NCBI GenBank assembly: GCA_037969075.1
Contig: JBBKWS010000117.1
Location: 1 to 11,520 of the forward strand
DNA length: 11,520 bases
Origin: Bdellovibrionales bacterium
GTDB taxonomy: Bacteria > Bdellovibrionota > Bdellovibrionia > Bdellovibrionales > UBA840
Reading direction: 5' to 3'
The notes below the pieces were generated by a model, which was not told where the DNA came from, searched no databases, and saw only the letters and a program-made list of their open reading frames with translations. Positions 1-7,228 of the stretch are shown piece after piece; positions within the stretch are counted from its first letter, which is position 1, and every line of letters begins with the position of its first letter. The position numbers and the translations under genes were made by a program.

Positions 1-15
1 TAGCTTGGAGGGGAT

Positions 16-621
16 ATGAACAACACTACGATACTACTACGACCCGAGGATTTTTTTTCTGAAGCGGTAGACGATGCTTTTAAGCAAAGAAAATTGCCCC
101 CTACTCCTTTAGCCAATGAGTACCTTGTAAAATTACTAACTCACTACATTTTTGCCGACAACCTTTTTGATGAAACCTCAGAGAACGGTAAAAAGACAAG
201 AAGTACTTTAGCAGAATTGTATTTAAAAGCCATGAACTCAGAGCCTAGCGTTCGCCTAGATCTTCTTAAAAAACTTGGTGATACCTCACTTTATATTACT
301 GGCTTTTTTAGTGAATCCTTAAATAAAAAAATTGTCGATGTATCCTATTACGTAAATATGGGTGAAAGCGCATTTTCAAGCCTAGCAAGCTCTGTCAATG
401 AAGAGGCCTATAGTAGTTTATACAAAGACTTCTCGACACAATTCATAAAGTATATGGAAGTTCTTAACTGTATATCTAAGCAAACGAATCTGCAGAAGGA
501 TTCAAACTTGCTGAAATTATATGAAAACTATCAAAAAACAGGCTCAGACCTGATGAGAGACGCCCTAATCGATAGTGGCTTTGTAGATTTTGATACAAAC
601 AAAAAATCCAAAGCACAATAA
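16..621 (+). CDS. Conserved hypothetical protein (201 aa, apparently helical and soluble)
   Basis: Open 201-codon frame with strong SD GGAGGG at 7-12. The block LKKLGDTSLYITGFFSESLNKKIVDVSYYVNMGESAF resembles, from recall, an uncharacterised family of deltaproteobacteria/Bdellovibrionota. No function assignable. Confidence 0.8.
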   Translation: MNNTTILLRPEDFFSEAVDDAFKQRKLPPTPLANEYLVKLLTHYIFADNLFDETSENGKKTRSTLAELYLKAMNSEPSVRLDLLKKLGDTSLYITGFFSESLNKKIVDVSYYVNMGESAFSSLASSVNEEAYSSLYKDFSTQFIKYMEVLNCISKQTNLQKDSNLLKLYENYQKTGSDLMRDALIDSGFVDFDTNKKSKAQ

Positions 622-663
622 GAATTCATTGAATATTTTTTTGGCATCAATTACAACCATAGC

Positions 664-906
664 ATGTTTAATCTTGGATTTTCTGAAGTCATTTTAATCT
701 TCGTTATCGCGCTGGTTTTTATCGGACCTAAACAGCTTCCGCAAGTCGCAAAATTTTTAGGGCGCATGGCGGGTGATGTAAAGCGAGCTATGGGTGATTT
801 TAAACAAGAGATCGATCACACAGTTAAGGCTGCCAACGAAGAAATAAAACAAACTAAAGCTGAAATCGAAAAACCATTAGAACGTAAAAAAGACGAAAAT
901 GTCTGA
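664..906 (+). CDS. tatB: Twin-arginine translocase TatB (TatA/B family) subunit
   Basis: N-terminal MFNLGFSEVILIFVIALVFIGPKQLP: TM helix with Glu8, Gly-Pro hinge, then amphipathic helix. Overlaps tatC start by 8 nt. Glu8 plus GP favours TatB over TatA. Confidence 0.88.
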   Translation: MFNLGFSEVILIFVIALVFIGPKQLPQVAKFLGRMAGDVKRAMGDFKQEIDHTVKAANEEIKQTKAEIEKPLERKKDENV

Positions 907-1636
907 TGCTAATCTAAATTTAACAGACCACCTAAAAGATCTCAGAGACTGTATCATTAGATCAGCCATAATTATACTGTTAGGTTTTTTAGCCTCTTGG
1001 GCCTATTCTGAACAAATATTTGATATCGTTAGAAAACCCATCCAACCCTTTGTTGGCGGCCTTGTGTTTACAGGGGTAATGGATAAATTTATTGCTCACA
1101 TGAAAATATCCCTTTTAAGCGGTATCATAATCACATGCCCCCTTTGGTTGTATCAAATTTGGCGCTTTGTAAAACCAGGGCTTTACCAAAAAGAAAAAAA
1201 AGCCATCGTTGCCTTTTTAGCTACGGGTACTTTTTTGTTTTTGACTGGCGTTGCCTTTGTGTATTTTATCGTGTTTCCATTTGCTTTTGATTTTTTAATG
1301 AGTTTCGCCGGAAACACAGATAGCCCAATGATTACCATTGATGAGTACCTATCCTTTTTTATTACTACCACGCTCATGTTTGGAGCCGTATTTGAATTGC
1401 CCCTTGCACTAACCCTACTTGGAATGCTTGGAATCATTGACGCTCAGTTTTTAAGATCTTCTCGTCGCTACGCACTTGTAGTTATAGCCGTCGTTTCGGC
1501 CGTGATTACGCCACCTGATATACTAAGCATGGTATTCATAATGATACCGCTTCAAATATTATATGAGCTATCTATTTTTTCTGTGGCGTTCTTTGGTAAA
1601 AAAACTGACGAAAAATCTACTGAACCCTTGGCTTAA
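899..1636 (+). CDS. tatC: Twin-arginine translocase subunit TatC
   Basis: HLxDLR N-terminal motif, LYQIWRFVKPGLYQKEK, FGAVFELP, AVITPPD, and about six hydrophobic segments; 245 aa. Confidence 0.96.
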   Translation: MSDANLNLTDHLKDLRDCIIRSAIIILLGFLASWAYSEQIFDIVRKPIQPFVGGLVFTGVMDKFIAHMKISLLSGIIITCPLWLYQIWRFVKPGLYQKEKKAIVAFLATGTFLFLTGVAFVYFIVFPFAFDFLMSFAGNTDSPMITIDEYLSFFITTTLMFGAVFELPLALTLLGMLGIIDAQFLRSSRRYALVVIAVVSAVITPPDILSMVFIMIPLQILYELSIFSVAFFGKKTDEKSTEPLA

Positions 1637-1641
1637 AGATT

Positions 1642-2163
1642 TTATTCAAACGTAACTAGGACTGCGCCTGATTCTACGCTCTGACCTGGCTTTACCAATA
1701 CGTCTTTCACTTTAAAGTTTCCAGATGACTTGATCTCATTTTCCATTTTCATGGCTTCCATCACAAGGATAGGTTGCTTTTCTGTTACCTCTTGTCCTGG
1801 TTTTACATATACCTTTACAATCTTTCCTGGCATACCAGCAGCAATGGTTTTTCCACCACCCATTGCACCACCGCCTTTTAGGCTCTCGTGTAACAATGCT
1901 TCGTCATTATAAATAGGAATTTCTCGGTATGATCCCCTAGTAAAAACTGTATAGTTAACTCCGCTACCAGTCACATCAACCATGTACGAAGAGTTTTCAA
2001 ACAAGAAGCTAATGGCTCCATCAAGCTCCATATAATCTTTTTTAGGAATTATATGGTTTTCATTAAAGCCGTCATCCGTCATCATGTGGACGCCCCAATT
2101 ACTTTTTGTCTCAGTAACTTCAATTTTATACTTTTTACCTTTTAACTCTGCTTCGAAATACAT
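1642..2163 (-). CDS. Biotin carboxyl carrier subunit of acyl-CoA carboxylase (N-terminal beta-rich domain + biotinyl domain)
   Basis: Biotinylation motif EAMKMENE, MPGKIVKV, Gly-rich linker KGGGAMGGG; SD GAGGT just upstream; last gene of the carboxylase operon. Confidence 0.93.
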   Translation of the reverse strand: MYFEAELKGKKYKIEVTETKSNWGVHMMTDDGFNENHIIPKKDYMELDGAISFLFENSSYMVDVTGSGVNYTVFTRGSYREIPIYNDEALLHESLKGGGAMGGGKTIAAGMPGKIVKVYVKPGQEVTEKQPILVMEAMKMENEIKSSGNFKVKDVLVKPGQSVESGAVLVTFE

Positions 2164-2166
2164 GTA

Positions 2167-3657
2167 CTACCTCATCACTTCTTTACGGCCAATGTCTTTC
2201 CATCTAGACTGAAGGCTCAAGTTGGAAATAGAAGCTCTTTTCTGTTGTTTGTATGCCTCTATCGCTAACGAAATCAAAAACACTCTATCATCGACAAACC
2301 TAAATACATCCGCTCTGTGCTTGAAATCTTTCTCTAAAGATTGGGTTGTGTATTCACCACTTAAAAATTCTTTTTCTTCTAAAATAGATTTATGAAGCGG
2401 AATATTTGTTTTAATCCCTGTTAAAGAATATTCATCTAGCGCCCTAGATAATCTTGATATAGCTTGCTCCCTAGTCTCGCCCCAAGCGATTAACTTAGCT
2501 AGCATTGGATCATAGTAGATCGGTACTTCATAGCCAGGGTAAGCGTACGAATCACATCTAATGAACGGTCCCTGCGGGTTACGACATCTGCGAATTAATC
2601 CCGGTGATGGCGCAAAAGTTTCAGGGTCCTCCGCACAAATTCTGGCCTCAATTGCGTGGCCTACTTGTTTTATTTCGGACTGTTCAAAGGACAGCTTGTT
2701 TCCTGCTGCCACCGATATTTGCTCTCTTACCAAGTCACGAGAGGTTACCATTTCAGTAACCGGATGCTCAACTTGCAACCTAGTGTTCATCTCCATAAAG
2801 AAAAACTCTTTAGTGATAGAGTCAAAAATAAATTCAAATGTACCCGCACCAACATAATTAATAGATTTAGCGGCAGTGACTGCGATCTGCCCCATCTTCT
2901 CTCGTACCGCTTGTGGAACAGCAGGAGACGGGGACTCTTCAATAATTTTTTGATGACGACGCTGGATCGAGCACTCTCTTTCAAAGAGGTGTACAACATT
3001 ACCATGCGTATCACCAAAAACTTGAATCTCTATGTGTTTTGGATTTTGAATAAATCTTTCGATGTAAACTGTGGGATTACTAAAAAACTTTTGCGCTTCA
3101 CTTGTTGCCATTTCAAAGGCGTTTTCTAGCTCATCATCTTTTGTAACAAGTCGCATGCCTTTTCCGCCGCCACCAGCTGAAGCTTTAATAAGTAATGGGT
3201 ACCCTACTTCTTTCGCTGTCTTTTTTAAATCAGCCAGATCTTTTATTGCGCCGGCACTACCAGGCACAATGGGAACCCCAGCTTTTTTCATTAAATTTCT
3301 GGCAGAAAGTTTGTCCCCCATATCTTTTAATGAATTAATACTTGGCCCGATAAACACTACACCTGCGTCACCCAACCTTTTAGCAAAGTCAGCGTTTTCT
3401 GATAAAAATCCATAACCTGGATGAACCGCTTCGGCACCTGATTTTTTAATCACATCTAAGATAGTATCTACTTTTAAATATGACTCTGTACTTGGCGCAG
3501 GCCCGATATAATAAGCATCGTCTGCCAACAGCACGTGTAAACTATTTCGATCTGCCTCACTGTAAACTGCAACCGATCTGATATCCATCTCTCGGCACGC
3601 TCGAATTACGCGTATTGCAATTTCACCTCTATTGGCTATTAATATTTTTTTAAACAT
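2167..3657 (-). CDS. accC: Biotin carboxylase subunit of acetyl/propionyl-CoA carboxylase
   Basis: KKILIANRGEIAIR, HPGYGFLSEN, KASAGGGGKGMR, ERECSIQRRHQK, FMEMNTRLQVEHPVTE, YYDPMLAKL. No fused biotinyl domain. SD AGGAG overlaps the upstream stop codon. Confidence 0.95.
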   Translation of the reverse strand: MFKKILIANRGEIAIRVIRACREMDIRSVAVYSEADRNSLHVLLADDAYYIGPAPSTESYLKVDTILDVIKKSGAEAVHPGYGFLSENADFAKRLGDAGVVFIGPSINSLKDMGDKLSARNLMKKAGVPIVPGSAGAIKDLADLKKTAKEVGYPLLIKASAGGGGKGMRLVTKDDELENAFEMATSEAQKFFSNPTVYIERFIQNPKHIEIQVFGDTHGNVVHLFERECSIQRRHQKIIEESPSPAVPQAVREKMGQIAVTAAKSINYVGAGTFEFIFDSITKEFFFMEMNTRLQVEHPVTEMVTSRDLVREQISVAAGNKLSFEQSEIKQVGHAIEARICAEDPETFAPSPGLIRRCRNPQGPFIRCDSYAYPGYEVPIYYDPMLAKLIAWGETREQAISRLSRALDEYSLTGIKTNIPLHKSILEEKEFLSGEYTTQSLEKDFKHRADVFRFVDDRVFLISLAIEAYKQQKRASISNLSLQSRWKDIGRKEVMR

Positions 3658-3665
3658 CGTTGCTC

Positions 3666-5225
3666 CTACAGAGGTATATTACCATGCTTTTTAGCTGGAT
3701 TTTTATCTCGCTTATTTTTTAGCATCTCAAATGCCTCTATGATTCTTTTGCGCGTAAATGCCGGATCGATAACTTCATCAATATATCCAAGCTCGGCAGC
3801 ACGGTATGGATTATTAAATTGTGCTTCATAGTTTTCCGTTAGACGCTTTCTTTCTGCGTCCACATCTTTTGCTTTATTAATTTCATTTCTAAAAACAATA
3901 TTAACCGCACCCTCAGCTCCCATCACAGCAATTTCTGCCGTTGGGTACGCTAGATTGATATCTGCGCCAATATGTTTTGAGGCCATCACGTCATAGGCCC
4001 CGCCGTAAGCTTTTCTGGTGATCAGGGTCACAAGAGGAACCGTAGCTTCGCAATACGCATACAACAGTTTTGCACCGTGAGTGATTACGCCATTCCACTC
4101 TTGCTCGGTACCAGGTAAAAATCCTGGAACATCAACCAAGCTTAGTATTGGAATATTAAACGCATCACAAAACCTAACAAATCTTGCGGCTTTTTTACTA
4201 GCATCAATATTTAAACAACCCGCTAATACCGCTGGCTGGTTGGCCACGATCCCTACAGATCTTCCGTTGAAGCGGCAAAATCCCACCACAATGTTGGCTG
4301 CATAATGCTTATGAACCTCTAAAAAATAACCCTCATCTACGATCTCAGTGATGATTTCTTTTACATCGTACGGCTTTCTATTTGAGTCTGGCAATATCGA
4401 GTAGATCTTTTCGTTAGCTCTTTCAATTGGATCTTGAACTTGTAAAACAGGCGCGTCGTCCATGTTGTTACTTGGTAAGAAATTTAGTAATTCACGAATT
4501 AACAGCAAACAATGTTTATCGTCGTCTGCAGTAAAGTGACAAACCCCAGATTTTTGCGCATGAGTACTGGCTCCACCCAATGCTTCTTTAGTTACATCTT
4601 CGTGAGTTACCGTCTTGATAACATCAGGGCCTGTAACAAACATGTAAGAGGTATCTTTAACCATAAAAACAAAATCTGTAAGGCTTGGGCTATACACTGC
4701 CCCACCCGCACATGGCCCCATGATCGCACTGATTTGTGGAACAACACCCGATGCTCTAGTGTTTCGATAAAAAATATCGGCATAGCCTGCTAACGCTCCA
4801 ACACCTTCTTGAATTCGCGCGCCGCCTGAATCATTAAGCCCAATCACTGGAGCTCCATTTTTTAGGGCTAGATCTAAAACTTTACAAATTTTTTGCGCTT
4901 GTGTTTGAGAAAGTGACCCACCAAAAACCGTGAAGTCTTGCGAGTATACAAAAACCAATTTTCCGTTAATACGGCCATAGCCTGTAACGACACCATCACC
5001 TAAATAGGTTTGGTTTTCCATTCCAAAATTTTTGCATTTATGAATAATAAAACGATCAAGCTCTACAAAGCTGCCTGGATCTAACAAGACATCTAGTCTT
5101 TTTCTAGCAGTTAATCTTCCGCCGCTTTCTTGCTTAGCCATGCGCTCGGGACCGCCGCCACGAATAGACTCGTCCATTTTTTGTTCTAATTCATGTAGCT
5201 TCTGTTGAAAACCAGAATTTTCCAT
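3666..5225 (-). CDS. pccB: Acyl-CoA carboxylase carboxyltransferase (propionyl-CoA carboxylase beta-type)
   Basis: [61 protein letters not shown]-terminal KKHGNIPL; 519 aa; SD AGGAG at 5233-5237 (minus). Confidence 0.95.
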   Translation of the reverse strand: MENSGFQQKLHELEQKMDESIRGGGPERMAKQESGGRLTARKRLDVLLDPGSFVELDRFIIHKCKNFGMENQTYLGDGVVTGYGRINGKLVFVYSQDFTVFGGSLSQTQAQKICKVLDLALKNGAPVIGLNDSGGARIQEGVGALAGYADIFYRNTRASGVVPQISAIMGPCAGGAVYSPSLTDFVFMVKDTSYMFVTGPDVIKTVTHEDVTKEALGGASTHAQKSGVCHFTADDDKHCLLLIRELLNFLPSNNMDDAPVLQVQDPIERANEKIYSILPDSNRKPYDVKEIITEIVDEGYFLEVHKHYAANIVVGFCRFNGRSVGIVANQPAVLAGCLNIDASKKAARFVRFCDAFNIPILSLVDVPGFLPGTEQEWNGVITHGAKLLYAYCEATVPLVTLITRKAYGGAYDVMASKHIGADINLAYPTAEIAVMGAEGAVNIVFRNEINKAKDVDAERKRLTENYEAQFNNPYRAAELGYIDEVIDPAFTRKRIIEAFEMLKNKRDKNPAKKHGNIPL

Positions 5226-5232
5226 TTTTTGA

Positions 5233-5237
5233 CTCCT
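5233..5237 (-). promoter_or_regulatory. Shine-Dalgarno (AGGAG) for pccB
   Basis: Minus strand reads AGGAG-TCAAAAA-ATG. Confidence 0.8.
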
Positions 5238-5262
5238 AGAATGTGCAGGGTGAGTCTAAATC

Positions 5263-5274
5263 AGAAGCGCTTCT
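5263..5274. promoter_or_regulatory. Perfect 12-bp palindrome AGAAGCGCTTCT, candidate operator upstream of pccB
   Basis: Self-complementary 12-mer about 38 nt upstream of the pccB start, with further CTAA/TTAG flanks. Function inferred. Confidence 0.3.
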
Positions 5275-5281
5275 TTAGGTA

Positions 5282-5329
5282 CAATGTTCAACTGCCTTAA
5301 ACGCCGTGTTACGGCAGCTTAAAGCATTG
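5282..5329 (-). repeat. Imperfect inverted repeat / RNA stem-loop between subtilase and pccB
   Basis: CAATG(5282-5286)/CATTG(5325-5329) and CTGCC(5292-5296)/GGCAG(5313-5317) arms with further internal pairing. No U-tract follows. Confidence 0.5.
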
Positions 5330-5395
5330 AATTTACATGAGTTAAAAAATTTTACAATGAGGGCCAGAATACGCTGTAATTGTGAGCAAAATGAA

Positions 5396-6616
5396 TTATT
5401 GCCCTATATCCTGCATAGATAGCTTCGCATCTACTTCGCCTCTAGTAACCACAGCGTAGGCTTGCCCATGCACTCCGTTCATTATAGCTTCTTTGATTCT
5501 AGCCATCGAAAGATCGGGTCTTGCTGACCACAAAAGTGCAGCCAGTCCACTAACTTGTGGGGCTGCCATTGAAGTGCCGCTGTAAAAACTGTAAGAGTTT
5601 GCCGGAACACTGCTATAAATATCTCTGCCTGGCGCCGCAACATGCACCTGATTTACACTAAAGTTAGAGAAGTCTGCCATTAGTCCGCGACTAGTTGAGG
5701 CCGCAACTACCAGCATATTTTCTAAATTAAATGAGGCTGGAAAGTTAGGATACAAATCAATATTTAAGCCATTATTTCCAGCCGCTGCTACGAACAATAT
5801 CCCCGCATCTTTTAATTCTAAAATTGTATCTTTAAGCGCCAACGAACATTTTCCTGAACCCCAGCTAGCATTTATAATTTTGGCGCCTCTACTTCTTGCG
5901 TATTTTAACGCAAGTATCGCATTAGAGGTATCTCCCTCGCCCGTGTCCTTCATAAAATTGAGCGGTAGAAGTTTTACTCCTGGGGCAACGCCTTTTGGTA
6001 AATTAATATCTGCCGTGTGTTTTGCAGCAATAATTCCTGATACGTGAGTTCCATGTCCATTAACATCTTTTATTGCACCACTGTTTCTAAAAAAATCATA
6101 ACCGTTATAATCATCCACCAAGCCATTATTGTCATCATCAATACCATTACCAGGAACTTCCCCAGCATTTATAGAGAGTTGGTCAGCTAATTGCGGGTGA
6201 GTAATGTCGGCCCCAGAATCAACCACCGCTACAATCACATTCGCGCCAATCAAACCTTTATCCCATGCGTATGCCGTTTGCATACTTACATGCTGCCAAT
6301 TTGCTTCAACGGCCTGAATGTTTATACCGCGCTCGACCACAGGATCAGGAAGTGTAATTACAGTATCTGGCTCAACAAAATCTAATTTGTCTCTGTTGGG
6401 CTCGATAAATTTTTCGATTAATGCATTTTCGCTGGAGGCCCTCACTCTGGATAGGCGTCCATCTTTCCATTTTGCGATATATTGCCCTGCTATTTCTTGG
6501 GTTTGGCAACTGCCTGCGTTTGATTTTAATATTGGGTCTCCGCCATCATCTTTTTTACCACAGGCTACTAGTGTTAGCGCAGAAAATAACAGGAAAGTTT
6601 TTAGCAACACATCCAT
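5396..6616 (-). CDS. S8 family (subtilisin-like) serine peptidase, predicted lipoprotein
   Basis: Catalytic triad VAVVD133SG, H188GTHVSG, GTS349MAAP; oxyanion AAGN281; Asp-rich insert GIDDDNNGLVDD; lipobox LVA-C19 after a hydrophobic stretch; short propeptide ending near FVEPD; SD AAGGAG at 6622-6627. Confidence 0.95.
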   Translation of the reverse strand: MDVLLKTFLLFSALTLVACGKKDDGGDPILKSNAGSCQTQEIAGQYIAKWKDGRLSRVRASSENALIEKFIEPNRDKLDFVEPDTVITLPDPVVERGINIQAVEANWQHVSMQTAYAWDKGLIGANVIVAVVDSGADITHPQLADQLSINAGEVPGNGIDDDNNGLVDDYNGYDFFRNSGAIKDVNGHGTHVSGIIAAKHTADINLPKGVAPGVKLLPLNFMKDTGEGDTSNAILALKYARSRGAKIINASWGSGKCSLALKDTILELKDAGILFVAAAGNNGLNIDLYPNFPASFNLENMLVVAASTSRGLMADFSNFSVNQVHVAAPGRDIYSSVPANSYSFYSGTSMAAPQVSGLAALLWSARPDLSMARIKEAIMNGVHGQAYAVVTRGEVDAKLSMQDIGQ

Positions 6617-6621
6617 GTGTT

Positions 6622-6627
6622 CTCCTT
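6622..6627 (-). promoter_or_regulatory. Shine-Dalgarno (AAGGAG) for subtilase
   Basis: Minus strand reads AAGGAG-AACAC-ATG. Confidence 0.85.
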
Positions 6628-6654
6628 AAACCCACAAAATCCTATTGCGGGCTT
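6628..6654 (-). promoter_or_regulatory. RNA hairpin abutting the subtilase SD
   Basis: Minus strand AAGCCCGCAA-TAGGATT-TTGTGGGTTT forms a 10-bp stem with two G-U pairs, so it is fully paired only on the minus (mRNA) strand. Confidence 0.55.
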
Positions 6655-6716
6655 CTACCAGTATCTTACAAATTAGCGATAAAACTAAGTCTAGATGTTT
6701 ATTTTGCAACTGAGGT

Positions 6717-6741
6717 AAAAAAGCTAGACCTCAACTAGCTT
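6717..6741 (-). terminator. Possible weak intrinsic terminator or attenuator hairpin
   Basis: Minus strand AAGCTAG-TTGAGGT-CTAGCTT-TTTT: 7-bp stem running into a U6 tract. The stem is GC-poor and the loop has alternative pairings. Confidence 0.35.
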
Positions 6742-6796
6742 AATCATTATGTTTTCGAGATTAAAGACTATATATCAAAGTTAGGACGATTGGCTT

Positions 6797-7228
6797 ATGA
6801 GCTTTATAAAAAATGGTGATACTTACATTGGAACTGTAGATATTAATGAATCTGTTCATCAAACCCTAAAAGAATTGGCAATTAAGGAAAACATCATGTC
6901 TGCATTTATTTGGGGGCTAGGCGCACTTAAAGATGCTGAGCTTGGTTTTTACCATCTTCATAAAAAGGATTATGATCGCAAACTCTTCAAAGAAGAGGCT
7001 GAATTGATTTCTCTAACTGGTAACATCTCATGGTTTCAGGGTGAGCCTATCGTTCATATTCATGTGGCACTAGGTAATGAAAAGTTTGAAGTCTACGGCG
7101 GCCATTTATTTGATTCTAAAGTTGCAGTGACTGCCGAAATTTTTATTCAGACGACTCCCTCTAAAATTGAAAGGGTGCATAACCCTGCAATTGGGTTGAA
7201 TTTGCTTCATTGTAAAATTAAAGATTAA
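6797..7228 (+). CDS. PPC domain / DUF296 family protein (putative Zn-binding)
   Basis: GLGAL, ELISLTGNI, HIHVALG and YGGHL motifs characteristic of the PPC domain; 143 aa. Confidence 0.9.
   Translation: MSFIKNGDTYIGTVDINESVHQTLKELAIKENIMSAFIWGLGALKDAELGFYHLHKKDYDRKLFKEEAELISLTGNISWFQGEPIVHIHVALGNEKFEVYGGHLFDSKVAVTAEIFIQTTPSKIERVHNPAIGLNLLHCKIKD

Noticed and set aside
1183..4793. Short alternative ORFs within tatC and the carboxylase genes (1183-1437, 1730-1912, 2561-2857, 2656-3129, 2787-3017, 3071-3415, 4081-4305, 4512-4793)
   Set aside because: All are fully nested in confident genes, mostly antisense mirror frames, and have no protein-family features.
5330..5395. Several sigma70-like -35/-10 pairs upstream of pccB
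   Set aside because: Multiple weak, mutually inconsistent candidates in AT-rich DNA; none can be singled out without TSS data.
5378..5397. AATTGTGAGC, identical to the left half of the lac operator
   Set aside because: The right half (AAAATGAATT) does not match or form a proper palindrome, and there is no vector context or LacI-family gene in the window. Likely chance.
6689..6733. Resemblance to a preQ1-I riboswitch (minus strand TGAGG-TCTAG...CCTCA...A-rich...CTAG)
   Set aside because: The loop is U-rich and lacks the ligand-pairing C before the 3' strand of P1, the A-rich tail is displaced by GTTGC, and the downstream gene is a protease rather than a queuosine gene. Kept only as an unassigned structured element.
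6191..6738. Plus-strand ORFs 6191-6385, 6318-6629 and 6421-6738
   Set aside because: Antisense overlaps with the subtilase and its leader; no SD or motifs.
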